Shown: positions 25,991 through 40,795, counted from the whole stretch's first letter. The stretch: 63,546 nucleotides of DNA, filler included, from Reticulomyxa filosa (GCA_000512085.1; 20 parts of 20 records of this genome joined end to end with filler, not necessarily neighbours in it); one strand, 5' to 3'. The notes: generated by a model from the letters alone, not told the origin. A program made the numbers and translations.

Positions 25991-28454
25991 AAAGTGATAA
26001 TAATGAAGAAAAAAATTTGATAAGAAAAAAAAAGGAGACAAGAAAAAGAAAAATAAAGAAAAAAACGTGACAATTATATTATTGATAGAAAAAAAAAATA
26101 GAAAAGAAAATGAAATAAAAATTAAAAAAACGTGACAATTATTATATATTTTGTGAGAAAAAGAAATAATTAATGAAAGAAAAAAAGTAAAAGAAAGAGA
26201 AAATAAGAAAAAAAAATAAGAAAGAAAAAAACAAATATTTTAATTTTTTAAATATTTTATTGGAGCGTTGACTCCACAGGCAATAAGTTAAAGTTAAGTA
26301 AATAATTTTTTTAATATGTGTTTTTAAAAAAACAAATATAAACATAACATGACATTATAGACTTTGAGTACACTGTGTATTGCTTGTACACAATATGTAA
26401 TAGTATGTGCCAATCAAGATTCCTTCTGAACAGAAGTATTATTTTACGACGAGCGTGCGTGTCGTAGAAATGGTTTTGAATCGCGAACACTGCGATGCAG
26501 AAATGAATATTGGTTACAATATGGTGGTCACACAAACGCAATTGAATTAACTACTGAGTCGAGCAAGTGTATTTATTTTGGCGAATAATTGTGCTGATAT
26601 TGTGGTTGATGGTGGCAATAAGTATACGTCTGTCTATTAGTAAATAGGTGTTAGTGACGCGAACTTACTGCAAATGAACTGCATCGGCAGAGTATGGCAA
26701 GCGGTAGTGATGGTAGAACGTATATATATTTTTGTCCAAGAAGAACCAGTTTGTTGGACGTACCGCTTTGCAGATCAATTGCGACCATATCGAGTATTGT
26801 CCTTTTTCATTGGCAATTACATTGGATGGAGTAGTGAATTTGACCATATATCTATAACGATGGATATGACTGCATATTGTGGACAATGTCGAGATTTTAA
26901 CATGTAGTATTGCGCACATTTTCCTTCGGATGAAGTGCAGCTTGTATTTGTCGAATATCAATATCTTCGTCTAACATCAAGCGCAAGTCCGTCAGAATAA
27001 TTTTCCATTGTGCGGTGTATCAACACAGACATGGATTATCGCATTGCAGACACAAAAAGAACTATTAAGACAATGCGATCCAATGTCCGGTACCAAACAG
27101 CAGAACACTCAAGTTTTTGGATATCCAATGATGAACTCGTCTTTGCAGTGGTGGTGTTTTCAAGTCCAATATAATCCTTTGTCCAATGAGAAGAAAACGA
27201 TGATACTATGTAGCAGCTCGTATGCATGTGGTAACATATATTTGTGGCAAGCATGTGAGTTTATTTTGCTTTGGTCGGAGGTCGTGGAGTATATAATAAC
27301 AACTCGTTGAAAGCGTAATGGAGTGTGTAATTTTGGGATCATCCAGGCAAACGAGTACAATTATCGACATTTTCAGCATCTGGGTATGTTTACAAATTTG
27401 AACACTGTCTCATAGATGCTCCCACACCGAAGGCGCGATTAAACAATCATTACCATCCTTGTGAAGCAAGCTAATTTCATCCCGAATAAAATAATAATCA
27501 AGCATTAATACGAGATCAACTTCACACGTCGAAATATTGCCATCAAAAAGGAGATAGCACCAGCTTAATTGATATAATCGTTGTTGTCATCGACATGTAC
27601 AAAAAAGTTCAAATGTGGGTATGTTCATATTAACAAGTTGAAAGAATCAGAGACAAGCATTTACTGAAATAATCCACTTCCCTCTTTCTTCAACTTTACC
27701 ATCTCACATCACCTTCCTCCACACTCACAGTAATCTCCAAAGTTATATGTTATCGTTTTNNNNNNNNNNNNNNNNNNNNNNNNNNNNNNNNNNNNNNNNN
27801 NNNTTAATTAATTAANNNNNNNNNNNNNNNNNNNNNNNNNNNNNNNNNNNNNNNNNNNNATCATCTTCATAAGGTGATATTTAGTTTTTTTGCAGCCTAC
27901 TGCAGTATTTAAAAAAAAGGTTAAATATTTATTTTAACGGAGAGAAAAAGAATATTTCAATTGCTGATGAAAAAGAGGAGACAATCACAGCTGATAAGTT
28001 GCTGTCAAACTTTCAAAAGTCAATTAACATAATAGGGCACATCAAAATACACTTTATTTTTTAAAAAAAGAATTAGTTTTAATTGATCATTTCAATCAAT
28101 AAATTTCGCGTTTTATTACAAATCAGTTGTAAGTGTAAATGTCTTTGTTTGTAACAGTTATTTTAAACAACTATTTCTTGTATTTTTAATAAGTTTTATT
28201 TCTTCTCTTTTTCACAATTGTCGAGAAAGTGGATGAAATAAGAGTTTTTTTTTCGCTCCAAATTTGACTAAAAAACTCAAAAAAACACTCCAATTTTTTT
28301 GGATAGGAACATTTAAAAATAACATAAATAACATTTCTATTTTAAAAACATAATTAAAACACTATTCTGACAAAGAGAAGGTCAAGACAAAGGAAACCAC
28401 AGTTTTTTTTGCGACTTTTTTAAAAAACTTGACATCATAATAAAGAAAACTCTA

Positions 28455-30199
28455 ATGCTAGACTTGAATGTAAGAACAGAAGAAGGCCAAGAAAACAAAA
28501 GTGAAACCTTTTCTCTTTCTGGTTGTTATAAAAAAGCTTGGATTTCGTCAACGAACAGACCACAGAAACTAAACAAACTGATTTGTTGTCTTTGCAGTGG
28601 AATTGCAAACAATGCAATAGAATTACAATGCGATGAACATGATAATGCAAAGCATGTTTATTTGCTTGGAGATGAATGTTTACAAAATTATTTGAAAATG
28701 AGTAATGGAAAATGTCCAATTGAACAACATGATCATTGTAAATTTTCAAAAAATAAAGCAATAAGAGAACAAATTTCAGAATTATTGGTAATTTGTCCTC
28801 GACAATATGACTTAAGTAAACATTTACTATCGAACAAAGGAAGAAAAAAAGAAGAAAAAAATGAACTCAGTTTGAAATCAAAAAGTAATTGTAATTTCAA
28901 AGGAAAAATAAAAGACGTGAAAGACCATTTGGATAATTCGTGCGATCTGAATTCAATCGAACAAAGAATTTCATTCGAAGTCCAAAAAAATTTGCACGTG
29001 ACTAATGGGAGAATTGAACAATTGCAAAATGTGGTCAAAAATTTGCAATCACAATTGCAATTTGAAAAAGTTCGAGTTGTTTTGTTATTTTTTAAAAAAT
29101 AAACAAACAAAAAAAGGAAGAATTTAGAGCAATACATTTCGAAAGTAAACAATAAATCAAACAACCGAAAGAAAGTGATAATGAAAAAAACAAACACACT
29201 GAACAACTTAATATACACAATTTTTTTTTGAATATTGTAATAACATAATAGAAGCAAATCAATGATTTAAAACATGAACTAATGAAAAAAGATGCACAAA
29301 TAATTGAATTAACAAAAGATGTTCAACAATTGAAACAAAGTCAAATTATGTTCGAAGGACTTATAAAAAGTAATAAAGATGGACAAAGAAATCAAATCGA
29401 GCAACTCACAATAAATGTATATATACGTATATGTATATTTCATAAACTAGATTTGGACAATGAACAATGAAAACAGTTTCCCGAAACGAGTGAAGGAAGC
29501 GCATATACTACACCATCGTGTCATCCTACTGAAAATGCTAACCAAATTGTCGAACAATCCACCCAGTCAACAACAGTGTCAAATATACAACGCATTCAAA
29601 ATTTAATTGAAGACCATACAAAAAAAGTGCCGAAAAAAAAAAGAGCCGGCATGCTAAGGATCTACGCTGTTTGTGACTCTGAGATAAGTGAGCCAGTCAT
29701 CTCACTCGAAGATGAAGCATATAGTTATTCATTGCATTTTTGTTATATTTTATTTTATCTTTTGGTAACTCAGTGATATACATTTTATAAATATTACAAA
29801 CAAACAAAAAAAAGAATATGCGCTGGAAAAAATTGCTAATGGCATTTTTTATAAGGATTTTAAAGATATTCAGGAGTTTGTGATCTTTAATGTGCACCAG
29901 GGCGACAATATGGAGCAGAGCAAAATAACAACAGATACTTTCATTGCTTTTCATCAACAGTCATCCATACCGAAATACGAAGGAATAATTTTGAATCATC
30001 TCTTGGAAAATGTTAAAGACTCGATCTCGTTTGAATTTGCATCTCATGCGCTAAAAGATATAACACAAATCATTTCGGAAGGACTGGCACAGGAACAACG
30101 CAATATAGAAAGTAGAATTCTACAATTTGAGGACGAACAAACAAGCTTGTCATCAGTTTTGCAAACTTTTCTCGTGGTTCTCAAAAAAAAAAAAAAAAA
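28455..30199 (+). CDS. RING-like/TRAF-zinc-finger protein with coiled coil, multi-exon, 3' truncated
   Basis: CCLCSGIANNAIELQCDEH...ECLQNYL...CPIEQHDHC...LLVICPRQY...CNFKGKIKDVKDHLDNSC, followed by coiled-coil exons. Confidence 0.8.
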
Positions 30200-31669
30200 N
30201 NNNNNNNNNNNNNNNNNNNNNNNNNNNNNNNNNNNNNNNNNNNTTAATTAATTAANNNNNNNNNNNNNNNNNNNNNNNNNNNNNNNNNNNNNNNNNNNNT
30301 GGGACAAACAAACAAAAACGTTTCAGCCAACATATCGATATGAACATATTGGCAATATCACGTGGTACATTGCTCAATAAAATGTGGAAACTGGAAACGT
30401 TGATATTTGAGCAATACATACAATTATGTAACAGCAAGGCAAGCGCATCATCATTGCAAATTTCCAACAATGTGTCGATACGATCAACCAACGATATTAT
30501 ACGTATTTTCCAAAGCACTCTGAGTGCCAATACAAAGCAATCCAAAAAGAGATTACAATCCAAAACGCTGACAATGAGTGTACTTACATTCCATTCGACT
30601 ATACAGTTGACAGCGTACAAATGGATATCAACAGCGGCGACATTCAGGTATAACAGAAAAACAAATGGAAAAAAAAATAGCCATAGAAAAAAAAAATGGA
30701 ATGTATACGTATATAAGAGATATTAAGGGTAGAAGATAGATTGTATATGTTATTGATTTTATTTAGAAATGACATTTAAAAAAAGAAAACAAAACTAACA
30801 GTATATCGAAGAATGGCAAAATGGATGTAATCATAAGCACGCTGCAATGAAATAGATTGTACAACAGCCTGTGTCAGCAACAGACACCAACACTAACTGC
30901 AGCCGCTGCAAATCTTATTTTCACAGTATTGCCTCATCATCCAGGCAAGCATCAATCAAATATTTGCGCTTTGCACAAATTGTCCATAATTTCGCCGCAC
31001 AGTCTTCTGTCGAGCAGTTTTGCACTTGATTGCACTCAATACAAGGATCGTCTGATGGACATATGCCCATGTCGCCAGTCGTTAACAATATCGCCCACAC
31101 AACCAAAGTGCTACACCACCACAATGACACGATCTTTTTCGTCATTTTTTTTTTTGTTTGTTCTTCAATACTATCTTTGCTTCAAAAGATCATCGAAATC
31201 ATCAAGTCCAAAAAAATTCCTTACAATTTTTGTTTCAAAATTACTAAACTATTTATTTATTTATTTTTTAACATTATTTTAACTTCAAATTAAATTTATG
31301 TTTCCATACCTTTTGTTGCTTTAGCGAACTTTTTTCTCCCCTTCCTGTTTGGGGCATGATAATCTTTCTCTTATACAATAAAGAAGAGAGGTTTGCATAA
31401 CGTGCCTACACTTTACTCAATTGCATGCTTACCTTGCTGTTTATCCTCAAATCTTCAAAAACGGGGGGGGGGGGGGGTTCAATGAAGACATTCATACCGA
31501 CAGCACCTTGCTCATGGCCAATGGACATCTTTNNNNNNNNNNNNNNNNNNNNNNNNNNNNNNNNNNNNNNNNNNNNTTAATTAATTAANNNNNNNNNNNN
31601 NNNNNNNNNNNNNNNNNNNNNNNNNNNNNNNNAAATTAAATGAAAGACAAAAATAAAAAAAAACGTAAC

Positions 31670-31900
31670 ATAATTGACAATCAATTTATCGAAATCTTTT
31701 ATCCATCCAAATGTAATGCGCAATATTCGAACCCAATGCTGGATAATGATTTGGATTTTGTTTTTCTCTGGCTAATTAATCACAAGTCCACACAATAAAT
31801 ACAATAAATACAATAAAAACTTGAAGACAATCAACTTTTTAGAAATTGTAATAAAACTTACCACTACTAGTTGAGTTAAAGCTTGTTCAAGAGATGTCAT
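31670..31900 (-). CDS. 5' exons of a linker-mini-exon gene (probably WD40 family), truncated by contig end
   Basis: MTSLEQALTQLVV|PEKNKIQIIIQHWVRILRITFGWIKDFDKLIVNY|gt, with phase-0 GT-AG introns. Confidence 0.75.
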
Positions 31901-32083
31901 TTTGCAATTGCTTGGACAGTCTTTAATGATGTAAAATGAAAAAGTTTAAGTTTTTTTTTTCAAGTTCAACGAAGTGACTTCAAAAATAGAATTTTGCAAT
32001 ATTTAAATTAATTATAACTTTTTATAATCATATTAAGAGAAATAAATAATATAATATTTAATGTTAAAATGAAAATGCAAATA

Positions 32084-33162
32084 CAGTATAATGCAAATGA
32101 AAGTTGACACATAAAGCGGCACCTTATATAGATGATTGATTTTCTTTATTTTTTTTTTTTTTTTAAATATCTACAAATCGTGTAGTTTTAAAATATCATT
32201 TTGAATTTAGTTTTTTATTATATCTTTACTAATTGTTTAAAAAATTTGGATATTTTATTGATTTTTGAAAAGTTAACATTTGCATGTCGTAACAATAAAA
32301 TTTGAGAAATTGCTCAATGTATAGATTGAAAAAAAAAATTAGCATTCTACGTTGCGTAGTTTTTGAGAAAACTCAATTTTTTGAATAATTAAATGTTACT
32401 TTTAAAGTTTGTACATTTGCTTTGTCTACACTAAATATTAGTTTTTTGCTTTTTTTTTGTCAAATACCAAACAATTCAAGTTAATTCAAAAGCTTAAGAA
32501 CTGAAAATTATCATTTGATTAAATCACTTTTTGCATTGTATTCGCTCTGACATTGATTTTATTAAGTTTTTTGCATATTTCTTTATCAATTTTTTCCCAT
32601 TCTAATTTAAATTATTTACAAAGTTCTTTTGATCTGATTGATCCGTTGTTGTATATTTTTATTTTCACTATCCACAATATATTTTTGATTGTGCTTATGT
32701 CTGTATAATTTGATAGAAATCAAATAATTTGTTCAAACCATTCTTTTACTGTTATTGTTTTGTAGCTTGTTGCATTGTCTTGCTGAAATATCTCTATCAT
32801 TTTTACATTTATAGCCAGGTTCTAATACTCTAAATCAAGACAACACTAAATGTTGATGTTTTTATTATTAATTTTCGGTAAGTGGTGCTCCTGGTCTCTT
32901 CCAAGTATGACACCTTCAATCAATACCTTTTAAGTTAATTTTGCTTTCATAAAAAAAAAAGTACTTTTTTCAAATCATTGAATGTCCATTTAAAAAAAAT
33001 AAAAATGATTTAAAAACTTAAATATTGAAATAATTTAGGAAAAATTTAATGAAAAACTACACAATTCCTAGATATTTTTTTAAAATAAAAAAAATTATGA
33101 AGAAAATCAATCATTTCTATAATATATCGTTTTATGTGTCAACTTTCCTTTGCATTCTACTA
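32084..33162 (-). mobile_element. Decayed Tc1/mariner DNA transposon with ~100-bp TIRs and TA target-site duplication
   Basis: The left end TA|CAGTATAATGCAAATGAAAGTTGACACATAAA mirrors the right end TTTATGTGTCAACTTTCCTTTGCATTCTACTA|TA. An internal minus-strand remnant reads IFQQDNATSYKTITVKEWF...DISTIKNILWIVK...LEWEKIDKEICKKL.KSM.ERIQ, the Tc1 transposase C-terminal half. Confidence 0.88.
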
Positions 33163-33902
33163 TAGTAATTAAAAAGGTAAAAGAAAAGGACAATAATAAA
33201 CAAATAAATTCAATAACTTAATGTAAAAATATATATTTGAACAAAATATAATTTTAGAATTAAGATAGCCTTTGTTTGGAATAACCTAGTTTTCATGGAG
33301 GCAAAGATTTCTCTTGCTTAATGTAAATGGTACACATTTTAAGCAGAAAGAAGAAAAAATTTAAAAATATCCAAATTATCTCACACAAAAAAATTATTTC
33401 TAAAGTTCATAAATGTTTTAATTTCCATAATTAAAGACAAATAAACAAAAAATATTTGTCATATTTTATGCTTATAATTTCAATATAAAAAAAAAAGAAA
33501 CGACATGCCAAGAAAAAATCTTGTCAACTCCAAAAAAGTTTTCATATGAAATATTCAAAAGTAAAACAATTTAAATATGACCTTACAATCGTTTGTTTAT
33601 AAGTATTGATTTTGATTTTTTTTGTGAAATTATCAAAATATGGAATTTTTTGTTAAATCTCACACAATATGTTTTTTTCCTTTCTGAACTTAAACAAAAT
33701 GACCTTGCTTTGTTTTTGGAAAAAGGATACAAGATAACAAGTATTTATCTCAAGAATGTATTAAAAATAATCTACATTTTAAAAATAATCTTGTTGATGA
33801 TAATCATACCAATCAATATTGTAATCTTATCATACACTTTTTACAGGTGATTTCCGTTTTTTAAAAAAATCTAAACTACTTCATAGTTCTTACATTAATA
33901 AC

Positions 33903-35080
33903 ATGAGCGATCAAACTTTGAAACCTTGAAGGATCTGCCCATTACACTTTATCAAACTCAATGTGTGTCACACAAACACGAACTCCTTCTTTGTGGAGGT
34001 TATTATGAAAGAGCTTGTTATTCTTATCATAAAATCAAAAACGAATACAAGTTTATCTGTGAGTATCCAAGTAATATTAAATTAATGGGACACTGTGTAG
34101 TGAAACTGATAGATAACAACAACAACAATAAAAACAGAAATCAAATCACTTTGTTGTCTTTTGGTGGAGCAATTAAACATACATTTGTGATGAAATATAT
34201 AAGTGTATGGAGTAATACATCAAATGAATTAAATAATTGCAATCAATGGATTCCTTTTACATACAATAACAATCATCCAATTATGATTGGAAGAGATGGA
34301 GATAATTATTGGGGAGCTCGTGCAGTAATTGGTGGAAGTAACAATCATTTGTTGTTTGTTACTTATTATCAAAGAGATATTAGTGTATTTAATTTAAATA
34401 CATTTCAATTTATTAAACATGATACTTTACCAACTACAGCTTTTCGTTGTATTAATTATCATTGTTTTGTATCAAGGACAGAAAATGAACAAGGACAAGA
34501 AATGATGAAAACAAATAAACAAAATTATCAAATGTTTTTATTTCATAAAAAGATTGGATTATCAATTGAATATGATGAAGATAATAATACTTTTCAATTT
34601 CATCAATTATCTATTGGTGATGATATTGCACCATTCTATCATTGTGCATATATATGTATCAATAATGTTATATTGTTTTTTGGTGGATATGGTTGGAAGA
34701 AGATACCAATTGTTTCAAAATCAGTGCATAAATATTCAATTCCTGAAAACAAATGGATAATATTTGAAAACACTTTACCCAATCCATTGCATCATTGTGT
34801 TGCAACATTGAATGAAGAGGACAATCATATACATATCATTGGAGGAAAAGATAATGAATATACAAAAGTATCAACTCACATGAAGACTAAAGTGATTGCA
34901 TGGGCTCCTCCACAGTTGGTAATAATTTGTTTATTATTTTGATGAAATAAAAATAAATTTGATAATAAATAGTCAAAAAAAGAAATAAAATTTATTATTC
35001 AACATTGGATTCGAATTTTAAAGATAAAATTAGGATGGATTGATGATTTTGATAAAATTATTATGAAATATAGTATATGA
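33903..35080 (+). CDS. Kelch-like beta-propeller protein with C-terminal WxR/GWI linker exon
   Basis: GG-containing kelch-like blades (LLLCGG, LLSFGG, ARAVIGG, ILFFGG, IHIIGG). A phase-0 intron precedes SKKEIKFIIQHWIRILKIKLGWIDDFDKIIMKY (34973-). The ATG at 33903 is out of frame by one base at a T-run. Confidence 0.85.
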
Positions 35081-35247
35081 AATAAATTTTGAAGAAATAC
35101 AATTCAATATGATTTATTTTCCAATTTTTTTTCATTTGTTTTGTTTANNNNNNNNNNNNNNNNNNNNNNNNNNNNNNNNNNNNNNNNNNNNTTAATTAAT
35201 TAANNNNNNNNNNNNNNNNNNNNNNNNNNNNNNNNNNNNNNNNNNNN

Positions 35248-35263
35248 AATAATAATAATAATG

Positions 35264-35306
<43 letters not shown>

Positions 35307-35345
35307 CAATAATAACAATAACGATAACAATAACAATAATAATGA
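35248..35345 (+). repeat. (AAT/AAC)n microsatellite
   Basis: Directly visible at the contig edge. Confidence 0.9.
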
Positions 35346-35349
35346 TATT

Positions 35350-37254
35350 ATGAATAATGAAAAGAATGACTTGAATAGTACCGCAAAAAATAATGGCAAT
35401 GACAGTAATAACAAAACCAAGAATACTTATCCAATGACAATAATGAGTCACAACAACAGCAACACAAGCCACAACAAAGAAGATGAGACACGACAGCGAC
35501 GGCGTTCGGTCTCCAGTCTTCAAAGGCTATACACAGACCGAAACGCTCACCGTCGAAGGTCTGGAGCTGACAAGGGATGACTCCTCGGCAGACAACTCGA
35601 GGGAAAACTCTGAATACGCTGACGCCGTCACCGAGTTGCACATGGACAGACACAAAATGGCGGAGCAGCCAAAGGTCATCGGAAAAGGCCCACCCCCTCC
35701 ACTTGTCATCGAACCCTCCTTCACTCAAGCGCCGTCCGTCGTCAAGTTGCATTCACCAGCAAGTCGAACTGTTTCGCTTCTTTTTTTTTAATAAATAATA
35801 ATAATAATAAAATAAGTGCAAACAACATTGGAGAGACTCTTTTTTTTTTTCAATGCTATATACATATGTATATGTATGTATACACACTCATAATGGTTGC
35901 CACTACATTTGTCACACCTAGTCGGGACCACATTTAGGGAAAATTGGAGAGGATGCGAAAGAAGAGTCCAGTGAACCAATGTCGAAGAGAATCGAGACCC
36001 CGCAAGACATCTTGAAAGAACACGTTACGCACTTTTTGTAACTGGACACAACTTTGTTTTGAAAGTGTGTGAAAAATAAATAAATAAAAAAAAAAGAGGA
36101 AACAAAAGCATATGACATATAATATATGGCATATAACATATAACATATAACATATAACAAATAATATGTAATATATATGAATATATGATGCAACAACATC
36201 CAACACAATAGGGACGTATTCCTGGAGTAATGCCAAGTCCAGTCGGGGCAGAGCTGAGCCGATTCAAAAGACGCCGAGATACAAGGTACTTCAACATGAG
36301 TCGAAAACGCAACACCTTGACCAACACCAAACCACCATTATTGGAGCGAAATGGAAGCGCCACCAACCCGACGTCTCCAAATAAAAGATTCAGTGATTTG
36401 GTGAAAGAGGGTCTAGACAAGCCTGTTGACGTTATCTAATACATGAACAAACAAAAAATATAAATAAATAAATATAATATATATATACATATATATTATA
36501 TTTATTTATTTATATTTTTTGTTTGTTTATATATTCAAACACAGTTCCTAAAAAATGCATTACGCACGAACCAGCTGTTTTCCAGCGTCGACGACGAACA
36601 CCGTGAAAAAATGCTTGACAAGCTTGTGCATTTAATGAAGCCAGTGCAACTGCAACCTGGCGAGGTGCTGATCACACAAGGCGAGACGGGAGACGCGTTT
36701 TACGTGATTGAAAAAGGCAAGTTTGACATATTTGTGAAGGAAGCGGACAGTCTAGAAATCCAAGTGGGCGAGGCGGGCCCGCAGGCTGCCGTGGGCGAGT
36801 ATGCCTTGTTGTATCACACCCCGCGAACGGCCACGCTGAAGGCCACCGAGCCTTCCGTCGTGTGGGGGCTGGAGGCCGCGGACTTCCACGACATTCGTCA
36901 AAAAATGGCCCAATGGAATGTCGAGAGATTCGTTCAAAGAGGAAAATTTTTGAAGAAGCTGCCTATTTTCGGTTGGGTTTTGTTTTTTTTTTTTTGAATG
37001 GCTTTTTAGTCTTTTGTGTTCGGATTGGATTGGGGTCATATATGTATAATATATATATATATATATACATATATGTATATGTATATATATATACACACGT
37101 ACAAACACAACGGACAGCAAAATTGGAAGAGCATGAGCTGTTGAACATTACTCACGCATGCGCGACACAGGTATACCAGCATGAACAAAAGATATTGAGG
37201 CCCGATGTCGAGTGCGATGATGTATTCATTGTACAATCAGTTTCGTCTCAATAA
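35350..37254 (+). CDS. Cyclic-nucleotide-binding domain protein (PKA regulatory subunit/PKG-like), partial, multi-exon
   Basis: LKNALRTNQLFSSVD...LITQGETGDAFYVIEKGKFDIF...GEYALLYHTPRTATLKA (phosphate-binding cassette), then a second CNB domain starting FLKKLPIF. Confidence 0.85.
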
Positions 37255-37381
37255 CAACAACAACAACAACAACAACAACAANNNNNNNNNNNNNNNNNNN
37301 NNNNNNNNNNNNNNNNNNNNNNNNNTTAATTAATTAANNNNNNNNNNNNNNNNNNNNNNNNNNNNNNNNNNNNNNNNNNNN

Positions 37382-37414
<33 letters not shown>

Positions 37415-40400
37415 CATAGCCTTATGTTCAAACATAAACATTTCGCCTTGTACATTTTTTTTTTTTTTGAACTTGGCTTGAATTTTGCCTTTTTTTTTTT
37501 TTTCTTTCAGTTCGTTTTTTTTTTTTTATCTATTGCTATGTTGGATGCTCTTTGGGACACTTTGGGACTTTGTGAATTATCCTTTTTTTTTCGCATCCAA
37601 TGTATTCTTTTTTTCTTTTATTCGATTCCTTTTTTTTTGGACAGTTGTTTAGCTTTGCTTTGTTTGTTTTTGCTTTTGCTTATTTTGGTTGTCTTTTCCT
37701 CGCTTGTTCTGCTCGGTGTTAAGATTGATTTAATTGATCTGTGTTTTGCTTTTTACTTTATTTTGTTTGTTGATTTGCCAAAATTGTTTGGGCTCGCACG
37801 TAGTGGTACATTTTTTTTTTTTTTCCCTCTTTGGCTGACAGACTTGTGATGTGAAAATACAACGTGAGAGGGCTTTGTTTACATACCTCTGCTTTGGTGT
37901 AGTGATTTATTAGGGTTTAGGCCTGTTTGATTGCTTTGTTGACACTTTCAAGGTTTTAAGGTACACTAATCCCAATGGAGCCACATTGAGGGGATCACAG
38001 GTTGAAATTGTTGTTCCATTGTGCTCTAATCATCGTCAAATCATCCATTTGTAATTTCAAAAAAAAATTTTCGTTTGTTGCTCTGTCGATTCAAAAAGAA
38101 GGAATAATTTTCGTTATTGGATATACGACGCTTTTTTTTTTCAAAATCTAGCAATAGATCATTCTTTATTTAAGTTTTTTTTTTGAAGCTGTCATAATTT
38201 TGACCGTTTCCATAAAAAACTATACATTAAACTTCTTTAAAAATAAGTTTTTTGTATGTTGTTATTTTAATTGTGATATCATATGCCTCGCAATTCAACA
38301 TTGGCTTGGATTGGCATAAAATGTGTTTGACAATCTGGCATAAAAAGAAAAAAAAAAAGATATTCTTATATAAGTGCGGACGCTGCAGAAGCATCTTTCC
38401 AAGACATTAGTCGGGATTATTCGATAGTCAAAAATGTGCAAAGATAATGAAAGTGGTCAAAAATGGACCCTTTTAATGGTTTGTTTTTATTTTTTAAAAA
38501 AACATTTGAACGCACTGACATAGCAACAACTTTATAAGCGTTGATAAGTTTTTGGTTGTTGAAGGGGAGAAGCCCTTCGAGATACGACCAAAAAAAGAAA
38601 GTGGTTATTTGCAGCTCAATGTATTATAAAAAGGTGGAAAAAACCCTTCGGAGATTAAGAAAAGTTGGGATCAGCATTGCCACTTTTTAAGTCATTATAT
38701 TTTACCCAAAGAAATTCGAGTTCTTCATCTCTCATTGACATTTTGTTCATTTGATGCAATGCTTCTTCTTTTCCCCACAGGTGGATGTTCTCATATCTTG
38801 AGCTGTTTTATCAAACATATATTTTTTTTTAAATGTTATTTGGTACCTTAAAAAAAAAAAAGTCTTTCTTAACTATTGATCAAGCAAATAATAATGATAC
38901 AACAAAAACAGTGGATAATACAACGCAAAGAAATGGGGATAAGAAAATCGTTGAGTCCATTTCTTTCCGTCTGGTGCTCTCTGTTCATCAATTTTATGTG
39001 CGTTTTTTTAACTGTTGGCCCCTTTTTTCCCCTCCCCCCCCATCTCAACCTTTCTTCGGTGGTTGGTNNNNNNNNNNNNNNNNNNNNNNNNNNNNNNNNN
39101 NNNNNNNNNNNTTAATTAATTAANNNNNNNNNNNNNNNNNNNNNNNNNNNNNNNNNNNNNNNNNNNNTACATCAATGATGCACTTATGGCCATTTACAAA
39201 ACAACAAATGCGATCTAGAAATAAGAAAAAGATTGGTAATAATAATGATCGAACATTAAATAATTATGAAAAAACATTAAATAATTTCAAAAAATGGTGG
39301 AAAAACTATTTTTTCTTCAACTTATTTTAACTATGCTACCATCATTAGTAAAACAATATGGCCTAGAAAGTGGAATCTCGAAAGTACAAGCATCGCTTTT
39401 TTACTCTTGTTTTACTATCCATATTTTATCATCTTCTTCTGCTCTTTTGAAATTTCAGAGTCCTTTGCTCATTTTCATGGCAAAATGCTTATACATTTTC
39501 CCAACTTCCAATCACCAATATAACTGCTATTTTTGTTATAGTTGGTTTTATTGAATTCAAACCCTCTTACTCTTTTTCTTTATCGTCTTTTTGTTCCTTT
39601 CTCTAATACGTACTCTTAACAGCAAGAATAGATTCATATTTTGCACATTGACGCTTAAGCGTGGCTCTTTTGGAGCATTTGGTATGAATTGAAGTATCTG
39701 ATATTTTTTTTTTCTAGCACCAACTCTAAACAATATAAGAGCATATTCCGTATTATCTGCAATTAATTCCAACTATCAGTTTTTCAAAGACATAAGTGAA
39801 AGCCCAACTCGAATCTATCCACATATTTTTGGCTTTCTTTTAGATTTGAATATTAAAATTCAGAAATTTTTTACAATGAATATAATTTGGTGAAAGATGT
39901 TAGATTAGCTGGAGAAACGATGTTGAAATATTAAAAAATCAAAAGAAACAAAAACAAAGTTTGAGGCAAACACTCACGATCTAATTTACCAACTTGGCAT
40001 TGTTTGACTTCATTTCACATTACTTGCTGGCACCGCAACAACTTTCCAAAACTCGATTGGCATGTGTTGTATTCGTTGAGACCTATGTTTATACGTGTGT
40101 ATCCATCATACATGTTTCAAGTATTTTCCAATTACATTATAAAAAAAATTTTAACTTGGAATACAGGTTGCGCGGCTCACCACTTTCAATCAATCATGAG
40201 CACGTTACACGAATATGGACATTTTATTTTTTTCCCAAATTATACGTTATTCAAAGAATAATACCATGATCCATCATCGATTCACGCCGTTGCCATTACC
40301 ATTACCATTATTGCTGGGAATGCACTTCAGCACCAATAGTAATATTAACAGCAACACTTTGCCCATCTCCATTTGCACACCTTCGAATATCTATTCAAAA

Positions 40401-40795
40401 ATTTCAAACAACGCATACCACACACATATAAATAAATAATAAATGTACGTTACACAGATGTTATATATTAAATATGTACATATAAAAAAAACTTTTTCAA
40501 GCAATGGATCCAAGAACTAATTATAGCGTTCAGAACAGGAAAGAGGACAGGCGCGCAAAAACCAACCAAATAACAACTGATCCTTGAGTTTCTTGTGTTG
40601 GAATGCGCGTTGGTTTCAATAATAATNNNNNNNNNNNNNNNNNNNNNNNNNNNNNNNNNNNNNNNNNNNNTTAATTAATTAANNNNNNNNNNNNNNNNNN
40701 NNNNNNNNNNNNNNNNNNNNNNNNNNGAAGAAGAAGAAGAAGAAGAAGAAGAAGAAGAAGAGGATGATGACGACGAGAACGGAAATCAAAGAACA

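Noticed and set aside
37424-37849. 141-aa Phe/Leu-rich ORF resembling a membrane protein
   Set aside because: Antisense shadow of A-rich low-complexity sequence with poly-T tracts.
39168-40626. Several short ORFs on both strands
   Set aside because: No recognisable motif and many stops, so no call can be supported.
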